A stretch of DNA of 64,000 nucleotides, taken from positions 9,504-73,503 of the forward strand of contig DASYGE010000011.1 of assembly GCA_036000105.1 (NCBI GenBank), in the 5' to 3' direction. The position numbers were made by a program, and so were the translations under genes. The DNA is from Gammaproteobacteria bacterium. GTDB lineage: Bacteria > Pseudomonadota > Gammaproteobacteria > Natronospirales > REEB76. Each line of letters begins with the position of its first letter. Positions within the stretch are counted from its first letter, which is position 1. The notes beneath the pieces are model-generated. The model did no database searches. It was given only the letters and a program-made list of their open reading frames with translations, and was not told the origin of the DNA. This document shows positions 28,823-39,898 of this stretch, piece by piece.

Positions 28823-30330
28823 TGGCGAAAGCGCAAGCCATGGCCGGTGTGGATCTCGCGGCCCTGCTGCAGGGCTACGCGACCCTGGAGAGCCATGTGC
28901 CGGTGCTGGGCTTGTCCATGGACAGCCGTGAGCTGCGGCCCGGTTACCTGTTCCTGGCCTGCAAGGGCCACGATCACCACGGGTTGAAGCATCTGGCCGA
29001 CGCGCGCGCGCGCGGCGCCGTGGCGGTGATCTACGATCCTGCTGGTGCCGCGGCATATCTGCCGCTGCAGGCCGATATGCCGGCCGTCGCGGTGGCGGAC
29101 CTGGCAGCCAAGGCCGGTCTCATCGCCGCACGTTTCTACGCCGACCCCACCGCCACCCAGAGAGTGGTCGCGGTCACCGGCACCAACGGCAAGACCTCCG
29201 TGAGCCTGATCACCGCCCAGTCACTCGCCGAATCCGGCAGGGCTTGCGGTGTGCTCGGCACCGTGGGCTTCGGTACCTACGGCAAACTGGAAGCGCCCAG
29301 CCACACCACTCCCGATGCAGTGAACTTGCAGGCCTGGCTCGCGCGTTTCCGCGACCAGGGTTTGAAGCATGTGAGCGTGGAAGCTTCCAGCCATGCCCTG
29401 CACCAGGGTCGGATAAACGGCGCGCACATCGAGGTGGCGGTGTTCACCAACTTGACCCGCGACCATCTGGACTATCACGGCAGCATGCAGGCTTACGGCG
29501 ATGCGAAGCGTCGTCTGTTCGGTATACCCGGTCTCAAGCATGCGGTCATCAATCTTGATGATGTCTTCGGCATGGAATTGGCTGCGAGCCTACCCCAGGG
29601 CGTGGAATGCGTGGGATATACCCTCGAAGGCACGCGCAGTCCTGCGGGCCGCACGCTGATGGCGGAGAAGCTCGCGCTCAACAGCGGCGGGCTTACCTTC
29701 GACGTGAGCGGCGATTTCGGCTGCGGTCACGTGGACTCGCGGCTCTTAGGGCGATTCAACGCCCAGAACCTCCTGGCGGTCCAGGGCGCGCTCCTGGCCT
29801 TAGGCATGACTTTCGAAGAGACGCTGCGCTGCCTGACCCGTGCGCGCACCGTGCCGGGGCGTATGGAATGTTTCGGGGGCGGCGCGGGCCGGCCTCTCGT
29901 GGTGGTGGACTACGCCCACTCTCCCGATGCACTCGAGAAAGCCCTCACGGCGGCCCGGGCCCATTGCCGCGGCCAACTGTGGTGCGTGTTCGGTTGCGGC
30001 GGCGAACGAGACCGGGGCAAGCGGCCCCAGATGGGTGCCATCGCCGAGCGTTTGGCGGACCGGGTGCTGCTCACGGACGACAACCCGCGGGGCGAAGACG
30101 GCGACGCCATCATCGCGGAGATCATGGCCGGCATGCAGGATCAGAGCCGGATGCAGGTGGAGCGCGCCCGCAGCGAAGCGGTGATACTCGCGGTGCACGC
30201 GGCGGCGCCGGGAGACGTGGTGCTGGTGGCCGGCAAGGGCCACGAGACGGAACAAGTGATCGGCGGCCGGGCGCTGCATTACAGTGACCGGGAGACCATC
30301 GCCGGCCTCTTTGGGGAGGACGCGGCATGA
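28819..30330 (+). CDS. murE: UDP-N-acetylmuramoyl-L-alanyl-D-glutamate--2,6-diaminopimelate ligase
   Basis: 503 aa. It has the Mur ligase P-loop 'GTNGKTS' and the DAP-specific 'DNPR' motif ('LTDDNPRGED'). Confidence 0.95.
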   Translation: MMAKAQAMAGVDLAALLQGYATLESHVPVLGLSMDSRELRPGYLFLACKGHDHHGLKHLADARARGAVAVIYDPAGAAAYLPLQADMPAVAVADLAAKAGLIAARFYADPTATQRVVAVTGTNGKTSVSLITAQSLAESGRACGVLGTVGFGTYGKLEAPSHTTPDAVNLQAWLARFRDQGLKHVSVEASSHALHQGRINGAHIEVAVFTNLTRDHLDYHGSMQAYGDAKRRLFGIPGLKHAVINLDDVFGMELAASLPQGVECVGYTLEGTRSPAGRTLMAEKLALNSGGLTFDVSGDFGCGHVDSRLLGRFNAQNLLAVQGALLALGMTFEETLRCLTRARTVPGRMECFGGGAGRPLVVVDYAHSPDALEKALTAARAHCRGQLWCVFGCGGERDRGKRPQMGAIAERLADRVLLTDDNPRGEDGDAIIAEIMAGMQDQSRMQVERARSEAVILAVHAAAPGDVVLVAGKGHETEQVIGGRALHYSDRETIAGLFGEDAA

Positions 30331-31709
30331 GCGTGCGCCGCCTCTCGGATCTGGCTGCCGCCACCGGCGGCACACTGCAGGGTGAGGACCGGGAGTTCAC
30401 CCGCGTCACCCAGGACAGCCGCAAGCTGGGGCAGGGGGATCTCTTCATCGCCATCAAGGGCGAGAATTTCGACGGCCATGATTTCCTCTCGCAAGCCGAG
30501 AAATCGGGTGCCGCCGGCGCACTCGTGGAACGCCGCAGGTCCACCGCGCTGCCGCAAGTGCTGGTACCGGATGTGCGCAAGGCTCTCGGCGCTTACGCCG
30601 CCGTTTGGCGCCGCCGCTTCGCGCTGCCGCTCGTCGGCGTCACCGGTTCCAGCGGCAAGACCACCCTCAAGGAGATGATCGCCAGCATCCTGCGGCAACG
30701 GGGCGCGACCCTCGCGACCCGCGGCAACATGAACAACGACATCGGCATGCCGCTGACGCTTCTAGAGCTGGATGCCTCGGACCGCTATGCGGTGATCGAG
30801 ATGGGTACCAACCATCCGGGCGAGATCGAATACCTGGCGCGCCTCGCGCTCCCCAGCGTGAGCGTGGTGACCAACGCCGGGCCCGCACACCTGGAGTTCC
30901 TCAAGGATGTGGCGGGTGTAGCGCGGGAGAAGGGCGCGATTTTCTCCTGCCTCGCGGCCGGGGGTGTGGCTGTGATCAACGCCGACGACGCCCACGCCAG
31001 GCTCTGGCGCGAGATGGCCGGCGCACGCAAGACCGTGACCTTCGGTTTCGGTGAACAGGCGGACTTCCATCCCCTGCCCGGGGTGCTGCGCCAATCAGAG
31101 AGCGGCAGCTGGCAGTTCCATCTGGTCTCGCCCCAGGGAGAGACGGATGTGAACGTATCTCTGCCCGGGCGCCACAACGTGGCCAATGCCCTGGCCGCTG
31201 CCGCCGCCGCCATGAGCGCCGGCGCCAGCCTGGACGATGTGCGCGCGGGTCTGGCAGCAGCACCGGCCACCGCCGGCCGCCTGATCGTTATCCCCGGCCA
31301 GAACGGCAGCCGCCTCATAGATGACAGCTACAACGCGAACCCGCTGTCCCTCAGCGCCGCCATCGAGTTCGCCATGTCCTTAAGCGGGCGCAGCTGGCTG
31401 GTGCTCGGCGACATGGGTGAGCTGGGCGATTCCGCCGTGCGCTTGCACGCGGAATCCGGCGCCCGGGCCCGGAGCCTCGGCATCGAGCGGCTGTATGCGC
31501 TCGGCGAGCACAGCCGCCACGCAGTGGAGGCTTTCGGTTCCGGTGCCCGCTGGTTCGAAGATGTGAATTCCCTGGTGCGCGCCCTGCTCACCGATGCCGG
31601 AGTGGGGGTGACGCTCCTGGTGAAAGGCTCCCGCAGCATGCGCATGGAGCGCGTGGTGGATGCGCTGCGTTCGCAACCGGCTGCCCGCGCGGCCAACGGA
31701 GATCATTAG
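30327..31709 (+). CDS. murF: UDP-N-acetylmuramoyl-tripeptide--D-alanyl-D-alanine ligase
   Basis: 460 aa with the P-loop 'GSSGKTT'. It overlaps murE by 4 nt. Confidence 0.95.
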   Translation: MSVRRLSDLAAATGGTLQGEDREFTRVTQDSRKLGQGDLFIAIKGENFDGHDFLSQAEKSGAAGALVERRRSTALPQVLVPDVRKALGAYAAVWRRRFALPLVGVTGSSGKTTLKEMIASILRQRGATLATRGNMNNDIGMPLTLLELDASDRYAVIEMGTNHPGEIEYLARLALPSVSVVTNAGPAHLEFLKDVAGVAREKGAIFSCLAAGGVAVINADDAHARLWREMAGARKTVTFGFGEQADFHPLPGVLRQSESGSWQFHLVSPQGETDVNVSLPGRHNVANALAAAAAAMSAGASLDDVRAGLAAAPATAGRLIVIPGQNGSRLIDDSYNANPLSLSAAIEFAMSLSGRSWLVLGDMGELGDSAVRLHAESGARARSLGIERLYALGEHSRHAVEAFGSGARWFEDVNSLVRALLTDAGVGVTLLVKGSRSMRMERVVDALRSQPAARAANGDH

Positions 31710-32792
31710 ATGCTGCTGCTGCTCAGCGAATATCTGATGCGCTACCACTCGGTGTTCCGGGTGTTCTCCTACCTCACGCTCAGGGCGATCCTGGGGGTGC
31801 TAACCGCGCTCATCTTCGCTTTCGTGTGCGGTCCCGCCATGATCCGTTGGCTCACGGTGGTGAAGGTGGGGCAGCGGGTACGCAAGGACGGCCCCCAGTC
31901 GCACCTCACCAAGGCCGGCACCCCCACCATGGGCGGCACGCTGATCCTCGCGGCCATCATCATCGCGACGCTCTTGTGGGCTGATCTGCGCAACCGCTAC
32001 GTGTGGGTGCTCTTGGGTGTCACCTTCTTCTTCGGTCTCATCGGCTTCGTGGACGATTACCTCAAGCTGATGTTCAAGAACTCCAAGGGGCTCAAGGCGC
32101 GCAGCAAGTATTTCTGGCAGTCGGTGTTCGCCCTCGCGGTCGCGCTCATCCTGTACTTCACCCACCACGAGTCGGCGGAGATCGCCTACATCCTGCCGTT
32201 CTTCAAGCAGGTATCCCTGCCCATCGGCGTGCTGTTCGTAGTGGTGACCTATTTCGTGGTGGTGGGCACTAGCAACGCGGTGAACCTCACGGACGGCCTG
32301 GACGGGCTCGCCATCATGCCGGCGGTGCTGGTCGGCGGTGCGCTCGGCGTGTTCGGCTACGCCTCCGGCAACTTCAACTTCGCTCATTACCTCGCCATCC
32401 CCTATCTGCCGGGCGCGGGCGAGGTGGTGGTGTATTGCGGCGCCCTCGTGGGCGCGGGTCTCGGGTTCCTGTGGTTCAACGCCTACCCTGCCCAGGTGTT
32501 CATGGGCGACGTGGGCGCGCTCGCTCTCGGCGCCGCCCTCGGCACCCTGGCCGTGATCGTGCGCCAGGAGATCGTGCTCTTCATCATGGGTGGCGTGTTC
32601 GTGGCGGAGACGGTGTCGGTGATCCTGCAGGTGGGTTCCTTCAAGCTCACCGGCAAACGCATCTTCCGCATGGCACCGCTGCATCACCATTTCGAGCTCA
32701 AGGGCTGGCCCGAGCCGCGCATCATCGTGCGCTTCTGGATCATCACCGTGCTCCTGGTGCTGGTGGGCCTGTCCACCCTGAAGGTGAGGTGA
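31710..32792 (+). CDS. mraY: Phospho-N-acetylmuramoyl-pentapeptide transferase
   Basis: 360 aa polytopic protein with '[13 protein letters not shown]' and 'MAPLHHHFE' motifs. Confidence 0.97.
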   Translation: MLLLLSEYLMRYHSVFRVFSYLTLRAILGVLTALIFAFVCGPAMIRWLTVVKVGQRVRKDGPQSHLTKAGTPTMGGTLILAAIIIATLLWADLRNRYVWVLLGVTFFFGLIGFVDDYLKLMFKNSKGLKARSKYFWQSVFALAVALILYFTHHESAEIAYILPFFKQVSLPIGVLFVVVTYFVVVGTSNAVNLTDGLDGLAIMPAVLVGGALGVFGYASGNFNFAHYLAIPYLPGAGEVVVYCGALVGAGLGFLWFNAYPAQVFMGDVGALALGAALGTLAVIVRQEIVLFIMGGVFVAETVSVILQVGSFKLTGKRIFRMAPLHHHFELKGWPEPRIIVRFWIITVLLVLVGLSTLKVR

Positions 32793-32798
32793 CGTCGG

Positions 32799-34148
32799 AT
32801 GGGATTAGCTGCCCATAAACGCAGGATCAAGACGCTGATCGTCGGGCTCGGCAAGACGGGCCTTTCCTGCGCGCGTTTCCTCACGGCCCATGGCGAGGAG
32901 ATCGCCGTGACCGACAGCCGTGAGCATCCGCCGGGACTGAAGGATCTGCGCGCCATGCTGCCGGATGCGGCGGTGTTCCTGGGCGGTTTCTCCGAAGACG
33001 CACTCAAGCACGCGGACCGGGTGGTGTTGTCGCCAGGTGTGGCCGCGGGCACGCCCTTCATCGCCAAGGCCAGGGCGCTCGGCTTGCCGGTCATGGGCGA
33101 CATCGAGCTCTTCGCGCATTACGCCCGGGCACCTGTGGTGGGCATCACCGGCTCGAACGGCAAGAGCACCGTCACCACCGTGCTCGGTAACATGGCCGAG
33201 AAAGCCGGGCGTGCGGCGCGGGTGGGCGGCAACCTGGGCACGCCGGCGCTCGATCTCCTCAAGCAAGCGGAGCCGGAACTCTACGTATTGGAACTCTCCA
33301 GCTTCCAGTTGGAGATCACCGAGTCGCTCGAGTGTGCCGCGGCCACGGTGCTCAACATCTCGCCGGACCACATGGACCGTTACACGGATCTGCAGCAATA
33401 CGCCGCCGCCAAGGCGCGCATCTTCCGCAGCTGCGGCACGGCGGTGTTGAACCGCGAGGATCCGGAAGTGTGCGGTATGGGTGGCGGCGCGAAGAGGCGC
33501 GTGAGCTTCGGCCTGGATGCGCCGGCGGCGGGGGATTACGGTCTCGCGGGTCAGGGCCCGGCTGAATGGCTCATGCGTGGCACCGAGCAGCTCATGCCGG
33601 TCTCCGCGCTCGCCATGCGTGGCCGCCACAACCTGGCGAATGCTTTGGCGGCGCTGGCGCTGGGTGAGGCGGTGGGCCTGCCCATGCCTGCGATGTTGGA
33701 TGTCTTGCAGGAATTCCGTGGCCTGCCGCATCGCATGGAATATGTAGCGACGGTGGGCGGTGCGGTCTATTACGACGATTCCAAGGGGACCAATTTGGGC
33801 GCGACCCTCGCGGCGGTGGCGGGCGTGAGCCAGCCCCTGGTGCTCATCGCCGGCGGCGATGCCAAGGGGCAAGACTTCGCGCCCTTGGCGGAGGCGCTCA
33901 AGGGCAAGGCCCGGGCCGTAGTGCTCTTGGGCAAGGACGCGCCACTGCTGGAGCAAGCCTTCGCAGGCCGGGTGAAGACACAGAAGGCCAAGGACATGGA
34001 TGGAGCGGTACAAGTCGCCGCGGAGCTGGCGAAGGCCGGCGACATGGTGCTCTTGTCACCCGCCTGCTCCAGCCTGGACATGTTCGAGAACTTCGAGCAT
34101 CGCGGCCGCGTGTTCGCGGCGGCAGTGAGGAGGCTCGCCGGTGAGTGA
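32799..34148 (+). CDS. murD: UDP-N-acetylmuramoylalanine--D-glutamate ligase
   Basis: 449 aa. It has an N-terminal Rossmann 'VGLGKTG' and the P-loop 'GSNGKST'. Confidence 0.95.
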   Translation: MGLAAHKRRIKTLIVGLGKTGLSCARFLTAHGEEIAVTDSREHPPGLKDLRAMLPDAAVFLGGFSEDALKHADRVVLSPGVAAGTPFIAKARALGLPVMGDIELFAHYARAPVVGITGSNGKSTVTTVLGNMAEKAGRAARVGGNLGTPALDLLKQAEPELYVLELSSFQLEITESLECAAATVLNISPDHMDRYTDLQQYAAAKARIFRSCGTAVLNREDPEVCGMGGGAKRRVSFGLDAPAAGDYGLAGQGPAEWLMRGTEQLMPVSALAMRGRHNLANALAALALGEAVGLPMPAMLDVLQEFRGLPHRMEYVATVGGAVYYDDSKGTNLGATLAAVAGVSQPLVLIAGGDAKGQDFAPLAEALKGKARAVVLLGKDAPLLEQAFAGRVKTQKAKDMDGAVQVAAELAKAGDMVLLSPACSSLDMFENFEHRGRVFAAAVRRLAGE

Positions 34149-35316
34149 AGCCAGAGTCATCGCAGGCGATGCCGAGGCGCGCAGCATGGACACGTTGCTG
34201 CTCACGGTGGCGGGTCTGATCCTGGTGATCGGCCTCGTGATGGTGGCGTCTGCATCCATCTCCCTGGCGGACAAGACCAGCGGCAGCCCCTTCTATTACC
34301 TATTGCGCCAGCTCGTGTTCGCGGTCGCCGGTGCCGGTGCCGGCCTGGCCATGTATTGCCTGCCCCTCTCCTGGTGGCAGCGTTCCGGTTACCTGCTGCT
34401 GGTGCTGGCCTTCGCGCTCTTGGCCATGGTGCTGGTGCCGGGCATAGGCCGACATATAAACGGCAGCATCCGCTGGGTGGTGCTGGGGCCGTTCCGCTTA
34501 CAGGTATCAGAACCGGCGCGGCTGCTGATACTGGTGTATCTCGCTGGCTATATCGTGCGCCGTAGCGAAGAGCTGGCTTCCGGTATCAAGGGCTTCATCA
34601 AGCCCATGTTGCTGGTCGGTTGCGCCGGCATCCTGCTGCTGGCGGAACCGGATTTCGGCGCGACCCTGGTGCTCACGATCACCGCCATGGCCATGCTGTT
34701 CTTAGGGGGAGCGCGTCTCAAGGATTTCGCCCTATGCGCCGCCGTGGGCGGCGCGGCCTTCGCCGGACTGGTGCTGTCCTCGCCATATCGCCTGGCGCGG
34801 CTCACGGGCTTCCTCAATCCCTGGCAGGATCCCTTCGACAGCGGATTCCAGCTCACCCAGTCGCTCATCGCCATCGGCCGCGGACAGCTGTTTGGCGTCG
34901 GCCTGGGGGAGAGCGTACAGAAGCTCTTCTACCTGCCGGAGGCCCACACGGACTTCTTGTATGCGGTGCTGGCGGAGGAGTTCGGCCTGGCGGGCTCGAT
35001 CTTCATCATCGGCCTGTATCTCATGCTGACCTGGCGCGCGGTGGTGATCGCGCGTCGTGCGGCCAAGCGCTCACAACTCTTCGGCGCTTATCTCGCCTAC
35101 GGCATCGGCATCTGGATCGGTCTGCAGGCGTTCATCAACATGGGCGTGAACATGGGTGTGCTGCCCACCAAGGGTCTCACGCTACCGCTCATGAGCTACG
35201 GCGGCAGCAGCCTGATCGTGACCTGCGCGGCCATCGGCCTCTTGCTGCGGGTGGACCGGGAGAGCCGCGAGAGTGGCAAATGGAAGACCGGCACGGCGAA
35301 AGAGGAAGAAGCATGA
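34141..35316 (+). CDS. ftsW: Peptidoglycan glycosyltransferase FtsW (SEDS family)
   Basis: 391 aa polytopic protein with a GTG start that overlaps murD by 8 nt. It has 'PEAHTDF' and 'LPTKGLTLPLMSYGGSS' SEDS motifs. Confidence 0.95.
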   Translation: MSEARVIAGDAEARSMDTLLLTVAGLILVIGLVMVASASISLADKTSGSPFYYLLRQLVFAVAGAGAGLAMYCLPLSWWQRSGYLLLVLAFALLAMVLVPGIGRHINGSIRWVVLGPFRLQVSEPARLLILVYLAGYIVRRSEELASGIKGFIKPMLLVGCAGILLLAEPDFGATLVLTITAMAMLFLGGARLKDFALCAAVGGAAFAGLVLSSPYRLARLTGFLNPWQDPFDSGFQLTQSLIAIGRGQLFGVGLGESVQKLFYLPEAHTDFLYAVLAEEFGLAGSIFIIGLYLMLTWRAVVIARRAAKRSQLFGAYLAYGIGIWIGLQAFINMGVNMGVLPTKGLTLPLMSYGGSSLIVTCAAIGLLLRVDRESRESGKWKTGTAKEEEA

Positions 35317-36398
35317 ACCGCTCTTCCGGCATCGTGATAATGGCGGGCGGCACCGGCGGTCACGTCTTCCCGGCTCTCGCTGTGGCGGATGTCCTCCGCG
35401 CCCGCGGCCACACAGTCACCTGGATAGGCACTCGCCAGGGATTGGAAGCACGCATCGTCCCCGCCGCCGGTATCCCCATGGAATGGATAGACGTGGGTGG
35501 AGTGCGCGGCAAGGGCGCGGGCGCTTTGTTCAAGACACCCTTCATGCTTAGCCGCGCGCTCATGCAGGCCTTGAGCGTGTTCCGCCGCGTGCAGCCGGTG
35601 GCGGCTCTCGGTATGGGCGGCTTCGCCAGCGGACCCGGCGGCGTAGCCGCACGCCTCGCGGGATGCCCGCTGGTGGTGCATGAGCAGAACGCGGTGCCCG
35701 GCGTCACCAACCGGATATTGAGCCGCATGAGCCGCAACGTATTGGAAGGTTTCCCGGGAAGTTTCTCCGCCAAACGCCGCGCACGTTATGTGGGCAACCC
35801 GGTGCGCAGCGCCATCGCGGGCCTGCCGGCACCGGAGCAGCGCTTCGCAGGACGCAGCGGGCCCATACGTATCCTGGTGATCGGCGGCAGCCAGGGTGCC
35901 CGGGTCTTGAACCAGAACGTGCCCGTGGCCATCGCTCGCCTGGGGACGGCAGCGGTGGAAGTGCTGCACCAGACGGGCATCAAGGACGCGGAAGCGGTGA
36001 CCACGCTCTACCGCGAACACCGTATAGAAGCCCGGGTCACGCCCTTCATAGATGACATGGCGGCGGCCTATGCCTGGGCCGATCTCGCGGTCTGCCGTTC
36101 CGGTGCCCTGACTGTGGCGGAACTCTCGGCCGCGGGTCTCGGCGCCTTGTTGGTGCCCTTCGCCTCGGCGGTGGACGATCACCAGACGGCGAATGCCCGG
36201 TTCCTGGTGGAGCAGGGTGCAGCTTTGCTGTTGCCCCAGTCCTCCGCCACGCCGGTGGTGTTGGCGGAAGCCCTCGGCGACATGGTCAAGGAACGCGGTC
36301 TCTTGCTCGGCATGGCGAGGAATGCCCGGTCTCTCGCCCGTCCCGATGCGGCGGACCTGGTGGCGGACGTCTGCCTCGCAGCAGGAGGGCTCCCATGA
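35313..36398 (+). CDS. murG: Undecaprenyldiphospho-muramoylpentapeptide beta-N-acetylglucosaminyltransferase
   Basis: 361 aa from an ATG that forms an ATGA overlap with ftsW. The N-terminus is '[16 protein letters not shown]'. In the ORF track it is embedded in 34620..36398. Confidence 0.95.
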   Translation: MNRSSGIVIMAGGTGGHVFPALAVADVLRARGHTVTWIGTRQGLEARIVPAAGIPMEWIDVGGVRGKGAGALFKTPFMLSRALMQALSVFRRVQPVAALGMGGFASGPGGVAARLAGCPLVVHEQNAVPGVTNRILSRMSRNVLEGFPGSFSAKRRARYVGNPVRSAIAGLPAPEQRFAGRSGPIRILVIGGSQGARVLNQNVPVAIARLGTAAVEVLHQTGIKDAEAVTTLYREHRIEARVTPFIDDMAAAYAWADLAVCRSGALTVAELSAAGLGALLVPFASAVDDHQTANARFLVEQGAALLLPQSSATPVVLAEALGDMVKERGLLLGMARNARSLARPDAADLVADVCLAAGGLP

Positions 36399-37810
36399 GC
36401 AACCTGATGCGCCGCATCCGCAACATCCATTTCGTCGGCATAGGCGGTGCCGGCATGGGCGGCATCGCCGAAGTGCTCATCAACCTGGGTTACCAGGTGC
36501 GGGGCTCGGATCTCAAGGCCAATGCTGTCACCGAACGCCTCAAGTCCCTGGGCGCACGTATCGCTATCGGCCATGCCGCCAGCCATGTGGCGGATGCGGA
36601 CGTAGTGGTGATGTCCGCCGCTGTGGCCGCGGACAACCCGGAAGTACTGGAGGCGAGAGCCCGGCGCATCCCCGTGGTACGCCGGGCCGAGATGCTGGCG
36701 GAACTCATGCGCTTCCGCTCCGGCATCGCAGTAGCGGGCACCCACGGCAAGACCACCACCACGAGCCTGGTAGCCAGTGTCTTGTCCGAGGGCGGACTGG
36801 ATCCCACGTTCGTGATCGGCGGCAAGCTGACCAGCACGGGCAGCAACGCCCGTCTGGGCAGCGGCCAGTATCTCGTGGCGGAGGCGGACGAGAGCGATGC
36901 CTCCTTCCTGCACCTGCAGCCGCTCATCGCGGTGGTCACCAACATCGATGCTGACCATCTCGACACCTATGGCGGCGACTTCGCCAAGTTGCGCGGCACT
37001 TTTGTGGAGTTCCTGCAGCATCTGCCGTTCTACGGTCTCGCGGTGCTGTGCGCTGACGACGAGGAAGTGCGGCGCATCCTGCCGGAGGTGGGTCGGCCGG
37101 TGGTCACTTATGGAACAGCTGAAGACGCGGATTTCCATGCCAGCGATATCCGCCGCGACGGCCGCATCACCCATTTCAAGGCCTGGCTGCCCAAGCGCGG
37201 CGTGCCGCTGGAAGTGCAACTCAATCTCGCCGGACGCCACAACGTGCTGAACGCACTGGCCGCCATCGCCATCGCTCACGATCTCGGTATCTCCGACGAG
37301 GCGGTGCTGCGGGCATTGGCCGGGTTCCAGGGCGTGGGCCGGCGTTTCCAGATGCTGGGCGAAGTCATCACTGCCGCCGGCCCGGTTTTGCTGGTGGACG
37401 ATTACGGACATCACCCGCGTGAACTGGCCGCCACCCTGCAGGCAGCGCGGGAAGGCTGGCCGGAGCGGCGCCTGGTGGCCGCGTTCCAGCCACATCGCTA
37501 CACCCGCACCCGGGACCTGTTCGACGATTTCGCCGAAGTGCTGTCCCAGGTGGACGCGCTCCTGCTCACGGAAGTCTATGCCGCCGGTGAGACACCCATC
37601 GCCGGTGCCGATGGTCGGGCTCTCGCCCGCGCCATACGCAACCGCGGCCGGGTGGATCCGGTGTTCGTGCAGCGCGCCCAGGACCTGCCTGAGGCCCTCG
37701 CGAGCGTGCTCAAACCGGGTGACCTCCTGCTCACCCTGGGTGCCGGTGATATCGGCGCCGTGGCGGCGGAATTACCCAAGACCCTGGCGAGCGGAGTAAA
37801 GAGATCATGA
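36395..37810 (+). CDS. murC: UDP-N-acetylmuramate--L-alanine ligase
   Basis: 471 aa with '[16 protein letters not shown]' and the P-loop 'GTHGKTTT'. It is not fused to Ddl. Confidence 0.96.
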   Translation: MSNLMRRIRNIHFVGIGGAGMGGIAEVLINLGYQVRGSDLKANAVTERLKSLGARIAIGHAASHVADADVVVMSAAVAADNPEVLEARARRIPVVRRAEMLAELMRFRSGIAVAGTHGKTTTTSLVASVLSEGGLDPTFVIGGKLTSTGSNARLGSGQYLVAEADESDASFLHLQPLIAVVTNIDADHLDTYGGDFAKLRGTFVEFLQHLPFYGLAVLCADDEEVRRILPEVGRPVVTYGTAEDADFHASDIRRDGRITHFKAWLPKRGVPLEVQLNLAGRHNVLNALAAIAIAHDLGISDEAVLRALAGFQGVGRRFQMLGEVITAAGPVLLVDDYGHHPRELAATLQAAREGWPERRLVAAFQPHRYTRTRDLFDDFAEVLSQVDALLLTEVYAAGETPIAGADGRALARAIRNRGRVDPVFVQRAQDLPEALASVLKPGDLLLTLGAGDIGAVAAELPKTLASGVKRS

Positions 37811-38580
37811 ACGCACGCAAGCCTGATGTGGAAGTGAAATTCTGGCGCCGCCGGGTGGTGGTGCTGGGTGCTGCCGCCGGCCTGCTCCTGGTGGTGGGTC
37901 TCGCCCTTACGCTCTGGCTCGCGGCACCCTTGTTCGCGGGGCCTGCACTCACACGGCTCACTGTGAGCGGGCGCCTGCAGCATGTGGACCCGGCGGCGGT
38001 GCGCGCTGCGGTGGCCCCGGCGGTGGGCAGCGGTTTCTTCAACACCCGGGTGGAGCAGGTGAGCGCCGCGGTGAAGCAGCTGCCCTGGGTAGCCGAAGCC
38101 GATGTGCGCCGGGAATGGCCCCACACCCTGCATGTGGAGATAGTGGAGGAAGCGCCGGTGGCGCGCTGGAACAGCGACGGCCTGATGGATGCCCAGGGGC
38201 GGGTGTTCGTGCGCGGGCAGCAGGCCGCTTATGCAGCCTTGCCATTGCTCATGGGTAAGGATGGCGACGAGCAGGACGTACTGGCTGAGTTCAACACCCT
38301 CGCGAACCTGGTGGTGCCCCGTGGTCTCACGATCGCCGAACTCAGCGTGGACGCCCGCGGCGCGGCCACGGTGCTTTTGAACGATGGCATCGAGGTACGC
38401 CTCGGCCGTGAGGATGCGGCGGCACGGCTCGCGCGCTTCACCGCCATGGCGCTGCCGGCCCTGGGTGCGAAGCTCGCGACGGTCGCTTATGTGGACATGC
38501 GTTACACCAACGGCTTCGCCGTGGGCTGGAAGGCGGCGAATGCCGTCTCCGGAAACCTGAGGAACGGATCCAATGCCTAG
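37807..38580 (+). CDS. ftsQ: Cell division protein FtsQ
   Basis: 257 aa. It has an N-terminal TM, a POTRA region ('[13 protein letters not shown]') and an FtsQ C-domain. ATGA overlaps murC. Confidence 0.9.
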   Translation: MNARKPDVEVKFWRRRVVVLGAAAGLLLVVGLALTLWLAAPLFAGPALTRLTVSGRLQHVDPAAVRAAVAPAVGSGFFNTRVEQVSAAVKQLPWVAEADVRREWPHTLHVEIVEEAPVARWNSDGLMDAQGRVFVRGQQAAYAALPLLMGKDGDEQDVLAEFNTLANLVVPRGLTIAELSVDARGAATVLLNDGIEVRLGREDAAARLARFTAMALPALGAKLATVAYVDMRYTNGFAVGWKAANAVSGNLRNGSNA

Positions 38581-39808
38581 AAAGACGGACAAGCATCTCA
38601 TCGTAGGCCTCGACGTCGGCACCTCCAAAGTGGTGGCCATCGTCGGCGAGATCCTGCCTGAGGGAGGCGTGGAGATCGTCGGCATAGGCTCGCATCCCTC
38701 CCGCGGCCTGAAGAAGGGCGTGGTGGTGAACATCGAGTCCACGGTGCAGTCCATCCAGCGGGCGGTGGCTGAGGCTGAACTCATGGCTGGCTGCCAGATC
38801 CATTCGGTCTATACCGGCATCGCCGGCAGCCACGTGCGCAGCCTGAACTCCCACGGGGTGGTGGCGATACGCGACAAGGAATGCACCGCCGGCGATGTGG
38901 AGCGGGTCATCGATGCGGCCCGCGCGGTCAGCATCCCGGCAGACCAGAAGATCCTCCACGTGCTGCCCCAGGATTTCATCATCGACGGCCAGGACGGCAT
39001 CCGCGAGCCCATCGGTATGTCCGGGGTGCGGTTGGAAGCGCGGGTGCACATCGTCACCGGCGCCGCCAGCGCAGCCCAGAACATCGTGCGTTGCGTGGAG
39101 CGCTGCGGCCTCAAGGTGGATGACGTGATCCTGGAGCAGCTGGCCTCGAGCTACGCGGTGCTGAACGAGGACGAGAAGGATCTCGGCGTATGCCTCGTGG
39201 ATATCGGCGGCGGCACCACCGACATCGCCGTGTTCACTGACGGCGCCATCCGCCACACGGCGGTGATCCCTATCGCCGGTGATCAGGTGACCAACGACAT
39301 CGCCGTGGCCCTGCGCACGCCGACGCACCACGCCGAGGAGATCAAGATCAAGTACGCCTGCGCCCTGCCGCAGCTGGCGAGTGCCGATGAGACCATCGAG
39401 GTGCCGAGCGTGGGCGAACGCCCACCGCGCCGCCTGGCGCGCCAGACCCTCGCGGAGGTGGTGGAGCCGCGCTACGAGGAGCTGTTCAGCCTGATCCAGG
39501 CGGAACTGCGGCGCAGCGGCTTTGAGGAACAGATACCTGCGGGCATCGTGCTCACCGGCGGCAGTTCCAAGATGGAAGGCGCGACGGATCTGGCGGAGGA
39601 AGTGTTCCACGCCCCGGTGCGCTTAGGGCTTCCGCAGCATGTATCGGGGCTGGTGGACGTGGTGCGCAACCCGATCCATTCCACCGGTGTCGGCCTGCTC
39701 CTGTTCGGCGCCCAGAGCCTGCAGGCGAGCGGCGGCGAACGGCGGGTGCAGAACAACGTGCAGGACGTATGGGAACGCATGAAGCAATGGTTCCAAGGGT
39801 CGTTTTAG
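38573..39808 (+). CDS. ftsA: Cell division protein FtsA
   Basis: 411 aa with an actin-like ATPase signature: 'VGLDVGTSKV' and 'VDIGGGTTDIAVF'. Confidence 0.97.
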   Translation: MPRKTDKHLIVGLDVGTSKVVAIVGEILPEGGVEIVGIGSHPSRGLKKGVVVNIESTVQSIQRAVAEAELMAGCQIHSVYTGIAGSHVRSLNSHGVVAIRDKECTAGDVERVIDAARAVSIPADQKILHVLPQDFIIDGQDGIREPIGMSGVRLEARVHIVTGAASAAQNIVRCVERCGLKVDDVILEQLASSYAVLNEDEKDLGVCLVDIGGGTTDIAVFTDGAIRHTAVIPIAGDQVTNDIAVALRTPTHHAEEIKIKYACALPQLASADETIEVPSVGERPPRRLARQTLAEVVEPRYEELFSLIQAELRRSGFEEQIPAGIVLTGGSSKMEGATDLAEEVFHAPVRLGLPQHVSGLVDVVRNPIHSTGVGLLLFGAQSLQASGGERRVQNNVQDVWERMKQWFQGSF

Positions 39809-39898
39809 GCATCTAGGTGGCCGCGCGTGGATCCGGGAGGTCTGCGCAGGCGGCTGAAGGTCAGAAGAGTTTCGACTTATATATAGAGGAGACCGGCT

